From the NCBI GenBank assembly GCA_042570545.1, contig JBHPGJ010000009.1:1-60623 (forward strand): a stretch of 60,623 nt of DNA, in the 5' to 3' direction. How positions within the stretch are numbered: the stretch's first letter is position 1; each line of letters begins with the position of its first letter. The position numbers and the translations under genes are program-made. A model generated the notes under the pieces. The model was not told the origin of the DNA, did not search any database, and saw only the letters and a program-made list of their open reading frames with translations. This document shows positions 34,388 through 45,296 of the stretch, piece by piece. The stretch is from Patescibacteria group bacterium. GTDB taxonomy: Bacteria; Patescibacteriota; Patescibacteriia; JBHPGJ01.

Positions 34388-35851
34388 TTGCCGAGCCAAT
34401 TAAAAACTAATTCGATAACACGAAATACCACCTATTTGACGGTAGCATTTATTTTACAAAAAATACTATCGTTTATTTATTTTGTATATTATTCAAATAT
34501 CATAGGCTTTACTGACACCGGCAAATACATCTTTGCTATCTCGTTTGTAACAATTTTCGGGATAATAGTTGATTTGGGATTCAGTCCAGTGCTAATAAGA
34601 GAGGTGTCTAGAAATCGCGGAAATGCCCAAAGGTATCTAAATAATATATTAGGCGTCAAATTATATTTTTCAATCATTGCCGCATTATCAATAATAATTC
34701 TTGTTAATTTACTTAGATACCCCCTAGTAACTCAACAATTAGTATGGTTGGTCATGATGGTGATGATAGTCGAATCATTTACTTTAACTTTTTATGGTGT
34801 ATTTCGGGGATTCCAGAATTTAAAATATGAAGCCCTGGGCTCCGTATTATTTCAAATAATCACATTTACGTCCGGATTTATTGGACTTAGCATAACGCAT
34901 AATCCGCTGATTTTAGGCTTGGCCATAATTATCGGCAGCGTAGGAAATTTAGTATTTGCTATTATTTTCTTAAGAAAAAAACTTAATCTCAGTCTGAAAG
35001 TAAAATGGCACCACAATACCTTGAGATTTTTGGTCAGAACCGCAGTTCCGTTTTTTATTGCCGGTGTATTTATTAAAATATACGCCTATGTCGATATCGT
35101 CATGTTATCATTATTTAAAGGCGATGATTATGTTGGCTGGTATAGTATCGCTTACAAATTAACTTATTCATTACAATTCTTACCGATCGCTCTATCTAAT
35201 GCCATCTATCCAGCCTTTAGCCGTTTATTTATTGAAGCCAAAGATAAATTATCCAAATCATTTGAACGAGGTTTACAGTATGTAATTATTCTAAGCATAC
35301 CTGTAAGCATCGGCGCCGCTTACTTAGCCGCTGATATTGTAAATACCCTTTGGCCAACCTTTAGTGAATCAATCCCAGCACTCAGGATCGGTATCGCTGG
35401 TTTATTCTTTGTATTTGCTAATTTTATTATCTCGTCATTCCTTAACGCCTGTAATAGACAAAAAATCAATACGATAAATATTGGTTTAACTATGTTAGTC
35501 AATATAATTATGAACCTCATATTAATTCCTAAATTTGGACATAATGGAGCAGCCTTATCAGCTGTGGGCAGTGCGGTATTCTTGTTTATAATTGGCACAA
35601 TTTGGACCAGTCGTATAACCAAGATCAATTTTGGTTGGATAATAATAAAACTGTTCCAGGCAACATTTTCCGCTGTAATAATGATATTAATATTGCAAAT
35701 AATTAATTATAATCTCTTTATAAACATCGCGATTGGTGCTATGGTTTATGTAGTCGTCTTATTTATTGTAAGAGGGATAACCGTGAATGATATTAGAATA
35801 TTTTGGAAATCATTGGCTAGAAAAAAAGATAATCAAGAATTAACAGATTAA
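34388..35851 (+). CDS. Wzx-type oligosaccharide flippase (MOP family)
   Basis: RNTTYL, DLGFSPVLIREV, VGWYSIAYKL, NLILIPKFGHNGAA; polytopic membrane protein. Confidence 0.9.
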   Translation: MPSQLKTNSITRNTTYLTVAFILQKILSFIYFVYYSNIIGFTDTGKYIFAISFVTIFGIIVDLGFSPVLIREVSRNRGNAQRYLNNILGVKLYFSIIAALSIIILVNLLRYPLVTQQLVWLVMMVMIVESFTLTFYGVFRGFQNLKYEALGSVLFQIITFTSGFIGLSITHNPLILGLAIIIGSVGNLVFAIIFLRKKLNLSLKVKWHHNTLRFLVRTAVPFFIAGVFIKIYAYVDIVMLSLFKGDDYVGWYSIAYKLTYSLQFLPIALSNAIYPAFSRLFIEAKDKLSKSFERGLQYVIILSIPVSIGAAYLAADIVNTLWPTFSESIPALRIGIAGLFFVFANFIISSFLNACNRQKINTINIGLTMLVNIIMNLILIPKFGHNGAALSAVGSAVFLFIIGTIWTSRITKINFGWIIIKLFQATFSAVIMILILQIINYNLFINIAIGAMVYVVVLFIVRGITVNDIRIFWKSLARKKDNQELTD

Positions 35852-35857
35852 AAATGA

Positions 35858-37006
35858 ATGAATTTACTTGTTACTCATTCATTTCCACCACTAATTGGTG
35901 GTCTAGAAAATTACTGGCTTAATGTAGTAAAACAATCAAACCAACAATTTGTTGTTTTAACAAATCCACTGCCCAAAGGAACCTCAGAAATTGAAATTCC
36001 GAATGTAAAAATAATACGTCAAAAATTATGGGCCTGGCCGGTTTTAAAACCATCATGGCTTCCTTGGTTTTGGAAGTTACCAAACATTGTTAATAAATAT
36101 AGAATAGATTTAATACATTTTGGGCATTATACGCCGATAAGTACAGCAACCAGAATAAGAATGCCTAAAGTGCCGTATCTAATTTATTTTCATGGCACCG
36201 ACCTGATGAAAGCCGTGGCAGGTAATTTTAGTAGAAAAATGCTGGTAAATAATACTGATAAAGCGGCTAGAATAATATCTAATACTGAATATCTAAAAAA
36301 TATTGCTTTAAAAAATGGTATTAACGATAAAAAGATAAGTGTCGTGTATCCATCAGTATATCCTGATAAATATATTATTGATCAGGATTTGTCAGATAAA
36401 TTAAAAAATAAATACAATCTAAAAAATCGTCGTGTTATAATCAGTCTGGGCCGTCTTGAATATCATAAGGGTCAGGCTGTGGTTTTGCGGGCTTTAGAGA
36501 GAATAAAAAGTAATTTACCATCAATTATTTACCTAGTAATAGGCGATGGTTCTGAAAAAAACAATTTAATAAAATTGGCATCAAAACTGGGTCTCAACAA
36601 TAATGTAAAATTTATCGGCAAAATCGATGATAACCCACTCATAAAATCCACCTATCTATCTCTGGCAGAATTTACTATAATGCCAAGCTTGGAAACTAAT
36701 GATAGAAAGGAAAGTTTTGGATTATCAGCGGTAGAATCACTAGCCTGTTCAAAACCGGTTATTATGAGCAGACTTGGCGGAGCCAGTGAAATTATTGATA
36801 ATGATACAAATGGCTTGTTGGTTGAACCAAATAACGTAAACGAGTTAAAAAAAGCAATATTAAAATTACTTAATGATGATAATTCACTAATGAAAATGGG
36901 TGAAGTTGGACTTAAAACGGTTGAAGAAAAATTCAATTGGTATAAAAATCAAACGAAATTAACTCAAATTTGGGATGAAGCTAAGCGTTATAATACCAAC
37001 CTATAA
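35858..37006 (+). CDS. Glycosyltransferase family 4
   Basis: FPPLIGGLE, HGTD, GRLEYHKG, ESFGLSAVE (EX7E). Confidence 0.9.
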   Translation: MNLLVTHSFPPLIGGLENYWLNVVKQSNQQFVVLTNPLPKGTSEIEIPNVKIIRQKLWAWPVLKPSWLPWFWKLPNIVNKYRIDLIHFGHYTPISTATRIRMPKVPYLIYFHGTDLMKAVAGNFSRKMLVNNTDKAARIISNTEYLKNIALKNGINDKKISVVYPSVYPDKYIIDQDLSDKLKNKYNLKNRRVIISLGRLEYHKGQAVVLRALERIKSNLPSIIYLVIGDGSEKNNLIKLASKLGLNNNVKFIGKIDDNPLIKSTYLSLAEFTIMPSLETNDRKESFGLSAVESLACSKPVIMSRLGGASEIIDNDTNGLLVEPNNVNELKKAILKLLNDDNSLMKMGEVGLKTVEEKFNWYKNQTKLTQIWDEAKRYNTNL

Positions 37007-37658
37007 TCAGGTTATATTATTAAAAAAAACACTAGAATCATTAAGACAACAGTCATATGAAGATTTTGAAATAATTGTTGTTGATGATGGCTCCACCGAT
37101 GATACAGGTACATTTATTAAAAGCCAAGAAGGAATCATATATCTAAAGCAAAATAATTCGGGACCACCGGTGGCCAGAAATTCTGGAGCTAAAATCGCTC
37201 AGGGGGATTACTTATTATTTTGTGATTCTGATGTGATTATATATAAAAACATGTTGTCAGTCATGGTGAGTGAACTAAATAATAATCCGGATATTAATTT
37301 TGTATATGGTGGATTTAAATATGGTCGGAAAACATTTTCCGCATTACCGTTTAATATTGATAGATTGAAAAAAATGAACTACATATCAACCATGTCGATG
37401 TTAAGAAAAAAATACTTTCCCGGTTTTGACGAAAAATTACTAAGATATCAAGATTGGGATTTGTGGTTAACCATGGTCGAGGATGGAAGCATAGGAAAGC
37501 CTATCAATGATATATTATTTATGGTCCACCGGCATAAAAATGAAATTAGTAATTGGCTGCCTAGTTTTATAGCCTCAAGAAAGTTGTTTAACTTTTTGAA
37601 GCCCAGAAAACAGCTAGCAGCTGAAAAAATTATAAAAAATAAACATCACTTAAATTAA
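36975..37658 (+). CDS. Glycosyltransferase family 2
   Basis: SVIIPTYN, VVDDGSTD, ARN, FCDSD, QDWDLWL. Confidence 0.92.
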   Translation: MKLSVIIPTYNQVILLKKTLESLRQQSYEDFEIIVVDDGSTDDTGTFIKSQEGIIYLKQNNSGPPVARNSGAKIAQGDYLLFCDSDVIIYKNMLSVMVSELNNNPDINFVYGGFKYGRKTFSALPFNIDRLKKMNYISTMSMLRKKYFPGFDEKLLRYQDWDLWLTMVEDGSIGKPINDILFMVHRHKNEISNWLPSFIASRKLFNFLKPRKQLAAEKIIKNKHHLN

Positions 37659-37700
37659 GTGGCCAAACTGGTTATCATAGGTTAAAATGATGATTGTTTT

Positions 37701-39293
37701 ATGATTCTTAATGAACAAAAATTAATATCATTTAGATTATTATGGTGGTTATTACCAATTGGATTAACTATATATTTGGTATCCTTTTTGGCCTATTTAT
37801 ATCCAAATTTTAATGACGTAGCTTTTTGGGTAATTACTATTGTGTTTGCCGTGTTGTCATACAAAAAGATGGAATATGGCCTGATGATAATAGTAGCTGA
37901 ATTAATTCTAGGCAGTAAGGGCTATTTACTTTCGCAAAGCGTTTTTGATTACGTTATTTCATTAAGATTATCGTTCTTTATTGTAATATTTATTATTTGG
38001 ACCATAAAAAGGATCAGTGACAAACAATGGCGCTTTTGGAAAACGTCATTAAAATGGCCGTTTATATTATTTACTGTCTTTTTATCATATGGATTGGTTA
38101 ATGGATTATTAAATAGTAGCGCCAAGACAGCATTTTTTGATCTTAATGGATATTTATTTTTTGGATTACTAATTATTGGTTTTGATATTATTAGAAATCA
38201 AAAGAGTATATTAAATTTAATAAAAGTTATTATTAGTAGCAGTCTAATACTGGGATTATTCACTTTTATTCTGTTTATTAATTTTAGTTTTATTAATTAT
38301 AATGACGGCTTAGTAGTAGCCACCCAGGTAAACGAAGAACAATTAGCTAAGCTTGGACAAACTCCGGAAACAGCGCCTCTGGGACAGACGTTGGACCAGG
38401 ACCAAGAATTGTTAAAAGTTAGGTATGATGAATTAACATCCGATAAAAATATAAGTTACCGCTGGTTGAGAGATACCGGCTTAGCAGAAATATCATACCT
38501 GGGGGGAAAGTTTTTCAGAGTATTTTTTTATAGTCATTTATATCTAATGATAAGTTTTGTTTTATTTTTGATGATAGTTCTGAATAATTGGGACAAAATG
38601 ATCGCCAAATATAAATTTGTTAACACGATATATTTATTATTTATAACCTTTACTGTCCTAATAAGTTTTTCACGAAGTATTTTACTGGGTGTGATAATCG
38701 CCGTATTAGTATCATTGTTTTATATTTCTAAGAGGAGAAGATGGCAGCTTGTTGTGACAATATTATTATTATTAGTTGTTAGTTCATTGATAATAAAAGT
38801 AGTTGCACCAGAAACATATGAAGTGATTACCGATAGATTGCTTTCTTTTTATAATCCGCAAACAGAAACAGCAGCCGTTACTAGAGTTAGTCTACTCGGT
38901 GAAGTCTGGAATAAATTTATGGAAAATCCGGTAATGGGCAGTGGATTTGGGGCCAGTGTAGTTTTACCAAATATTATTCCCGGTTCTGATGATGTATATT
39001 TTACTAGTGTTTATTTATATGAATGGACATATTTAGATATTGCTGTAAAGATTGGATTATTAGGATTATTGGCATTAATTTGGTTGATTATCGGAATAAT
39101 AAAACAGGTTAATAAATTACGTGAATTCATTGAATATAAAATAATATACCTGTGGTTTACAATTACTTTGATTTCATTCATTGTTATTAATATAACTACT
39201 CCATATATTAATCACCCCCTGGGCATCGGCTGGCTGATAATAGTATATTTGGTCAGTTGGAACTTAGTTAAATTAAAAAACGTTGAATCATAA
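37701..39293 (+). CDS. O-antigen ligase/polymerase (WaaL/Wzy_C-like) membrane protein
   Basis: SFSRS, R...PVMGSGFG, YLDIAVKIGLLGL; polytopic. Confidence 0.8.
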   Translation: MILNEQKLISFRLLWWLLPIGLTIYLVSFLAYLYPNFNDVAFWVITIVFAVLSYKKMEYGLMIIVAELILGSKGYLLSQSVFDYVISLRLSFFIVIFIIWTIKRISDKQWRFWKTSLKWPFILFTVFLSYGLVNGLLNSSAKTAFFDLNGYLFFGLLIIGFDIIRNQKSILNLIKVIISSSLILGLFTFILFINFSFINYNDGLVVATQVNEEQLAKLGQTPETAPLGQTLDQDQELLKVRYDELTSDKNISYRWLRDTGLAEISYLGGKFFRVFFYSHLYLMISFVLFLMIVLNNWDKMIAKYKFVNTIYLLFITFTVLISFSRSILLGVIIAVLVSLFYISKRRRWQLVVTILLLLVVSSLIIKVVAPETYEVITDRLLSFYNPQTETAAVTRVSLLGEVWNKFMENPVMGSGFGASVVLPNIIPGSDDVYFTSVYLYEWTYLDIAVKIGLLGLLALIWLIIGIIKQVNKLREFIEYKIIYLWFTITLISFIVINITTPYINHPLGIGWLIIVYLVSWNLVKLKNVES

Positions 39294-40308
39294 GAAAGAA
39301 AACAAAATAACAGTACAATTGGTTACTTGGAATAGTAAATTATATCTTCCTAGTTGTATTAAATCTTTATTCGATCAAACATACCGAGATTTCAATATTC
39401 TGGTAATTGATAATGCGTCGCGTGACGGGTCGATTGAGTGGCTTAAAAGTAATTATCCTGATATATACATATTGAAAAATGTAAAGAATTTGGGATATAG
39501 CCGTGCTCATAATCATGGACTAAATCTACAACACAGCCCTTTCGTTTTATTAATGAATCCCGATGTGATATTGGAAAATAAATTTTTAGAAATAGCTATA
39601 AAAACCTTAGAAGAAAAGAACAACTATGCTAGCTTGTGTGGCAAGCTAAAACGTTTTCATTTTTCACATGGTGACTTGAATGAACCAGTTGATGATGGTA
39701 TAATCGACGCCACTGGTCTTTTAATAAAGCGTAATTATCAAGTACTAAACCGCGGTGCCGGTGAAAAAGATTATGGCCAATATAATCTGTCAACTAATGT
39801 TTTTGGCGGTAGTGGAGCCCTGACTCTATACCGACGTCAGGCTTTAGATGCGGTTGCCTATAAAAACCAAGTACTAGATGAGACACTGTTCGCTTACAAG
39901 GAAGATGTTGACATCGCTTGGCGATTACAATTAAACGGCTGGAACTGTTGGTATGAGGCAAAGGCGGGGGCTCTTCATTACCGTGAAGTAAAAGATAAAG
40001 TAAATCAATCAAATAAGGCAATTGCCCAGGCCAGAAAAAGTAAAAGCTCATATGTAAACTATCTTTCATATAGAAATCACATTATGGTCGTATTAAAAAA
40101 TGCATTTATCTCAAATTACTTTAGACAATTACCTTCAATTGCCTGGTATGAATTAAAAAAATTAACGTACCTCTTATTAAGAGAATGGCATACGTTGACC
40201 GCATGGAAAGAGGTCATTATGAATCTATCGAAAATAAAACGATATAGAAAATATAATAAACAAATAATTCAAAGAAGTCCTTCAGAAATGAAAAAGTGGT
40301 ATCAATGA
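39283..40308 (+). CDS. Glycosyltransferase family 2
   Basis: VTWN, IDNASRDGS, NLGYSRAHN, MNPD, FAYKEDVDIAWR. Confidence 0.92.
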   Translation: MNHKKENKITVQLVTWNSKLYLPSCIKSLFDQTYRDFNILVIDNASRDGSIEWLKSNYPDIYILKNVKNLGYSRAHNHGLNLQHSPFVLLMNPDVILENKFLEIAIKTLEEKNNYASLCGKLKRFHFSHGDLNEPVDDGIIDATGLLIKRNYQVLNRGAGEKDYGQYNLSTNVFGGSGALTLYRRQALDAVAYKNQVLDETLFAYKEDVDIAWRLQLNGWNCWYEAKAGALHYREVKDKVNQSNKAIAQARKSKSSYVNYLSYRNHIMVVLKNAFISNYFRQLPSIAWYELKKLTYLLLREWHTLTAWKEVIMNLSKIKRYRKYNKQIIQRSPSEMKKWYQ

Positions 40309-41135
40309 GCGATATTGAATTATCAATAATAATTTTAAATTATCGTACGAAGGGACTACTGAAGCAATGTATAAGAGGCATAGAGCAGTCGCAGGTATCA
40401 ATTACACATGAGGTCATAGTAGTAGATAATAAATCCGGCGATTCTTCAGTTTCTATGGTAAAAAGTAATTTTGATAACGTCCGGTTAATTGAAGCAGATA
40501 AAAATAGAGGTTATGCAGCGGGTAATAATATCGGCATTAAAGAAGCCAGAGGTAAATTTATTTTAATAATAAATCCAGACATTGCAATCTTTAAGGGAGC
40601 GGTTGAGGCAATGGTAAGCTACATGAATAACAATGAGAAGGTAGCCGTTATTGGTCCCAAATTAATTAATCCTGACGGATCTACGCAAATATCATGCTAT
40701 CGTTTTCCAACTTATATGACGCCAATATATAGGCGAACACCAATTGGTAAACTACCGAAAGCAAAGAAAAATTTAAAACAATATTTAATGAGTGATTGGC
40801 ACCGGAATGAAAATAAACAAGTTGACTGGGTACTGGGAGCTTGTATGTTGGTGAGAAAATCAGCGATTGATAAGGTTGGCTTGATGGACGAACGATATTT
40901 CCTATATTTTGAAGATATTGATTGGTGCCGACGTTTTTGGAAAGAGGGATACCAGGTTCATTACTTGGCCGATGTTGATTTGGTACATTATCATCAAAGG
41001 CAATCAGCTGAGAGTCCAGGCTTTAAGGGGGTATTTAGCTGGGCTACCAGAGTGCATATTGCCAGTGCTATTAAATACTTTGCAAAATATCTTGGTGAAA
41101 AAGAACCGAAGATTAATGATAATGTTGAAAAATGA
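40305..41135 (+). CDS. Glycosyltransferase family 2 (WbbL/rhamnosyltransferase-like)
   Basis: IILNY, VVDNKSGD, NRGYAAGNN, INPD, DWVLGAC, YFLYFEDIDWC; ATGA overlap at 40305-40308. Confidence 0.9.
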   Translation: MSDIELSIIILNYRTKGLLKQCIRGIEQSQVSITHEVIVVDNKSGDSSVSMVKSNFDNVRLIEADKNRGYAAGNNIGIKEARGKFILIINPDIAIFKGAVEAMVSYMNNNEKVAVIGPKLINPDGSTQISCYRFPTYMTPIYRRTPIGKLPKAKKNLKQYLMSDWHRNENKQVDWVLGACMLVRKSAIDKVGLMDERYFLYFEDIDWCRRFWKEGYQVHYLADVDLVHYHQRQSAESPGFKGVFSWATRVHIASAIKYFAKYLGEKEPKINDNVEK

Positions 41136-43024
41136 AAATTGATTTAAATGAAAAAGGTCAAAAAAGAAAAAAAGTATCCAATAAAAAAAGAAAGGCAGTA
41201 ATTGTAATTGCCATTGTTGCGATATTCGGAATATTTATCAGTTATTATGCAGTATCAGCAAAAATGTTGATTAATCAAGCAAATAGTGCAAAGAGCCATT
41301 TTGATTCGGCTCAGGAGCTATTAAAGGAACAAAATTTATCCGAAGCCAAGGTTGAGTTAGATATAATATCTAACGAACTATCAGCGGCTGATAAAACTGT
41401 TAAAAGATTCAATTCTCTATCATGGTTGCCATATTTGGGAAATCAGATTTTTGCAGTTAATAAGATTATTGATGGTGGGGAAATATTAGTAAAAAATGCT
41501 GCCGAACTTGTTGAATTGGCCGATGAAATTTTATCACCTTTTAGGGATGAAGAGACAATAAGCTTAGCTTCGTTAAGTCAAGATGACAAAGGAAATATAT
41601 TATCAAACCTTAATGACGCAGAACCTAAATTAATTGACATACAAAACAATTTAAGAATGGCCTATGAAGAGTTAAAAGAAATACCTCGGGCTGGTTTGAT
41701 TGGACAACTGACTGAAATCAGCGATGAGCTAAATGAGCAGTTACCGGCACTATATGAGCTAATTGAGAACGCCATACCCCTAATAAGGATATTGCCTGAT
41801 ATCGCTGGACACCCTGATACTAATAAATATCTGTTTTTACTTCAAAATAACGCCGAACTCAGACCGACTGGTGGCTTTATAGGTACCTACGGTGTTATTG
41901 AAGTAAATGATGGTGAAATAATTGAGTTTAGCACTGACAATGTATACAATTTAGATTCTCAGTCAAATATCTCTGTAACTCCACCTGAACCATTAATTAA
42001 GTATATCAGAGCTGATAAGTGGTTTTTACGTGACGCTAATTGGTCTCCTGATTTCCCAACATCTGCTGAACAAGCCATATGGTTCTACGAACAAGAAACA
42101 AGGACGAATAGCAATTTTGATGGTGTCATTGCTATTACCCCAAGCTTAATTGCTCAGATGTTGTTGCTTACCGATCCGATAACTGTCTATGGCGTAACTT
42201 TTAATTCGGAAAATTTCTATAAAGAATTGCAATATCAAGTAAGCGAAGGATTTCTAAGACAGGGGATTAGTTTTTCTGATCGCAAAGATATAATTGGCGA
42301 ACTGGGTACGATTTTAATAACAAAGATTTTAAGTTTACCGCAAGAACAATGGTCTGATTTATGGAATATTTTACTGGATAATCTTACCGAAAAACAATTT
42401 CTACTATATATGCGTGATGAACAAGCGCAAGAGTTAATATCAAATCAAAATTGGTCAGGTGAAATAAAAAATACCAGCGATGATTATCTAACTGTGGTAG
42501 ATGCTAATCTGGCCAGTTTAAAAACTGATCCATCAGTCGAGCGTAAAATTTACTATAAATTAGACACCAACCGAAACGAGCCACAAGCTACTGTACAGAT
42601 GACATATAATCACGTGGGTGAATTTAACAACTTTACCACCAGATATAGGACTTATGTCAGAATATATGTTCCTGAAGGAAGTAGCATTATAAATGTAACC
42701 GGAAATGATAATGATGTAATTACTAATAACGAACTGGGCAAAACTGTTTTTGAAACATTTATGTCGATAGAGCCCGGTGAAAGTGAAGTATTAGAAATAA
42801 CTTATAAAATTTCTCAACAAATATTAGATCAGATAAATGCTGGTCAGTATAAATTATTAATCCAAAAACAACCCGGTACTTTTAATCATGATCTAGTAAT
42901 GGATCTAAATTTTGATAAGTCGGTTAAAAGTTTCTTGCCTGAAGAGATTTTAAAAGTTGACAAAAAATTGATTACATACCAAACTGATTTGCGCCATGAT
43001 GAAGTAATAATGGTAAATTTCTAA
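41132..43024 (+). CDS. DUF4012-type membrane-anchored extracytoplasmic protein
   Basis: TM, helical stalk, YLFLLQNNAELRPTGGFIG, RDANWSPDFP, DGVIAI, VRIYVPEGS, QKQPG. Confidence 0.82.
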   Translation: MKIDLNEKGQKRKKVSNKKRKAVIVIAIVAIFGIFISYYAVSAKMLINQANSAKSHFDSAQELLKEQNLSEAKVELDIISNELSAADKTVKRFNSLSWLPYLGNQIFAVNKIIDGGEILVKNAAELVELADEILSPFRDEETISLASLSQDDKGNILSNLNDAEPKLIDIQNNLRMAYEELKEIPRAGLIGQLTEISDELNEQLPALYELIENAIPLIRILPDIAGHPDTNKYLFLLQNNAELRPTGGFIGTYGVIEVNDGEIIEFSTDNVYNLDSQSNISVTPPEPLIKYIRADKWFLRDANWSPDFPTSAEQAIWFYEQETRTNSNFDGVIAITPSLIAQMLLLTDPITVYGVTFNSENFYKELQYQVSEGFLRQGISFSDRKDIIGELGTILITKILSLPQEQWSDLWNILLDNLTEKQFLLYMRDEQAQELISNQNWSGEIKNTSDDYLTVVDANLASLKTDPSVERKIYYKLDTNRNEPQATVQMTYNHVGEFNNFTTRYRTYVRIYVPEGSSIINVTGNDNDVITNNELGKTVFETFMSIEPGESEVLEITYKISQQILDQINAGQYKLLIQKQPGTFNHDLVMDLNFDKSVKSFLPEEILKVDKKLITYQTDLRHDEVIMVNF

Positions 43025-43028
43025 TTAT

Positions 43029-44036
43029 ATGTTTGAAAAAAGAATTGGTATAGACTTGGGGACAACAAATACACTGGTACATCTACCAAATAGAGGTATT
43101 GTAATTAATGAGCCGTCGGTTGTTGCTATTTCCATTTTAGATAAAAAAGTACTAGCCGTCGGTGATGAGGCTAAAGAAATGCTAGGCCGGACCCCAGACA
43201 CCATAGTTGCTAAAAGACCGCTTAAAGACGGTGTAATAGCTGATTATAGGACAACTGAAGCCATGCTAAGGTATTTTATAAATAAATCAGTCGGTGGTAT
43301 ACGATTATTGCGTCCCGAGGTAATGATTGCTGTGCCGGCAGGGATTACCTCAACCGAAAGGAGGGCTGTTATAGACGCTACTTTAGCAGCTGGCGCCAAG
43401 GCCGCTTATATCATTAAAGAACCGGTTGCCGCCGCCATCGGATCAAATATTCCCATTGGTTCAGCCTCGGGCCATATGATTGTCGATATTGGCGGTGGAA
43501 CAGCTGAAATTGCCGTGATATCACTCGGCGGTATAGTAACCAACACCTCTGTCAGAATCGGTGGAAATAAGTTTGATTTGGCTATTCAAGAACAGGCCAG
43601 AAAAAAATATGGCCTGGCTGTTGGTGAAAGGACAGCCGAGATTGTAAAAATAAATATCGGTTCAGCCTTACCGCTGGAAGAAAAGTTAATGATGGAGGTA
43701 AGAGGCAGAGACTTGGTCAGCGGCCTGCCCAAGACTATTACTTTCGCGTCAGATGATGTAACCGAGGCCATTCAAGATGAATTGGCTGGTATTATTCAGG
43801 CAGTTAAGCAAGTATTACAGGAAACACCACCGGAATTATCAGCGGATATTATTGATAAAGGTATGGTAATTAGTGGTGGTTCATCTCTTTTGAGGAATAT
43901 TGATAAATTATTAACACAAGCTACCGGTGTAAATTCATTTATTGCTGACGATCCATTGCAAAGCGTGGCTAGAGGCACTGGCATCGCTCTAGAAAATCTT
44001 GATTCATATAAACGTAGTTTGGTATCGCAAAAATAA
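43029..44036 (+). CDS. mreB: MreB/Mbl family actin homologue (stand-alone paralogue)
   Basis: GIDLGTTNT, NEPSVVA, RPLKDGVIAD, VDIGGGT, RGRDLVSGLP, TPPEL. Confidence 0.93.
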   Translation: MFEKRIGIDLGTTNTLVHLPNRGIVINEPSVVAISILDKKVLAVGDEAKEMLGRTPDTIVAKRPLKDGVIADYRTTEAMLRYFINKSVGGIRLLRPEVMIAVPAGITSTERRAVIDATLAAGAKAAYIIKEPVAAAIGSNIPIGSASGHMIVDIGGGTAEIAVISLGGIVTNTSVRIGGNKFDLAIQEQARKKYGLAVGERTAEIVKINIGSALPLEEKLMMEVRGRDLVSGLPKTITFASDDVTEAIQDELAGIIQAVKQVLQETPPELSADIIDKGMVISGGSSLLRNIDKLLTQATGVNSFIADDPLQSVARGTGIALENLDSYKRSLVSQK

Positions 44037-45233
44037 ATGAATATAGGCATTGACGCTTCACGCGCTAATGTAGAAAATAGAACAGGTACTGAGTGGTACT
44101 CTTTTGAGGTGATTAAAAGACTGATTGCAAAAAATCACAATCATCAGTTTATTTTATATTTAAAAGACAAACCCTTGCCTGATATGTCCGATCTTGGAGA
44201 AAATGTGAAATATAAAGTGCTGCGGTGGCCACCTAAAATATTATGGAGCTTAGTAAGGTTATCTATTGCCATGATAAAAAAAAGGCCAGATGTATTATTT
44301 GTACCGGCTCACACAATACCAATAATCCATCCAAATAAAACCGTAACTACGTTACATGATATTGGTTTTGAAAAATATTATGATTTATATTCTAAAAATA
44401 ATATTCAGGGTAAAAATATTGTTTCAAAAGTGTTATCATATTTAATAAAAATATTTACTTTTGGTCGTTATTCGGTTAGTGAGTTGGATTATCATAAATG
44501 GTCAGCCAGATATGCTATTAAGAATGCCTGGAAAATTATTACTGTATCAAATTTCTCAAAAAACGAAATCGTCAATACATATAAAATTAATGAAAATAAA
44601 ATATCAGTTATTTATAACGGTTATAATGAAGAATATAATTATAAAGTTGATAAAATTTTATCTGATAAAATATTGAATAAATATAACATTAGTAAACCCT
44701 ATTTTACATTTATCGGTCGTCTTGAAGCAAAAAAAAATATTGTTAGAATAATCGATGCCTTTTTGAAATATTTATATCGAGATACTAGCAATGAAAAATA
44801 TTCATTAGTATTGATCGGACAACGCGGGCTTGATTTTGATAAAGCTGAGAAATTATTTGTAGACAGTAAATACAGTAATAATATTATAGAAACTGGCTGG
44901 TTACCTGACAACGAAGCCAAAGCCCTAATACAAAACTCTAATTTATTTCTGTTTCCTTCTTTGTACGAAGGTTTCGGTATTCCAGTTATTGAAGCTTTTG
45001 CAGCAAATATCCCGGTTATTACATCAAAATATTCAGCTTTATCAGAAGTTGCTGGAAATGCGGCCTACTTAATAAATCCTAATAAAGTAAATGAAATTAG
45101 TGAAGCTATACACAAAATTATGTCTTCCAATATTATCAAACAAGAATTAATAAAGCTTGGACAGGCAAGAAAAAATCATTTTAGTTGGGATAAATGTGCT
45201 GAAAAAACTATGGCAATCTTGACCAGACAGTAA
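44037..45233 (+). CDS. Glycosyltransferase family 4 (mannosyltransferase-like)
   Basis: IGIDAS, TGTEWY, TLHD, GRLEAKKN, PSLYEGFGIPVIEA, FSWDKCA. Confidence 0.92.
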   Translation: MNIGIDASRANVENRTGTEWYSFEVIKRLIAKNHNHQFILYLKDKPLPDMSDLGENVKYKVLRWPPKILWSLVRLSIAMIKKRPDVLFVPAHTIPIIHPNKTVTTLHDIGFEKYYDLYSKNNIQGKNIVSKVLSYLIKIFTFGRYSVSELDYHKWSARYAIKNAWKIITVSNFSKNEIVNTYKINENKISVIYNGYNEEYNYKVDKILSDKILNKYNISKPYFTFIGRLEAKKNIVRIIDAFLKYLYRDTSNEKYSLVLIGQRGLDFDKAEKLFVDSKYSNNIIETGWLPDNEAKALIQNSNLFLFPSLYEGFGIPVIEAFAANIPVITSKYSALSEVAGNAAYLINPNKVNEISEAIHKIMSSNIIKQELIKLGQARKNHFSWDKCAEKTMAILTRQ

Positions 45234-45238
45234 ATTGC

Positions 45239-45267
45239 TTGCTATAAAGTCAAGATAATGTTATAGT
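45239..45267 (+). promoter_or_regulatory. Sigma70-type promoter for the holB operon
   Basis: TTGCTA (45239-45244), 17 bp spacer, TGt-TATAGT (45262-45267). Confidence 0.6.
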
Positions 45268-45296
45268 ATCGGCGATTAATTTTTGGTTTTATCTGA

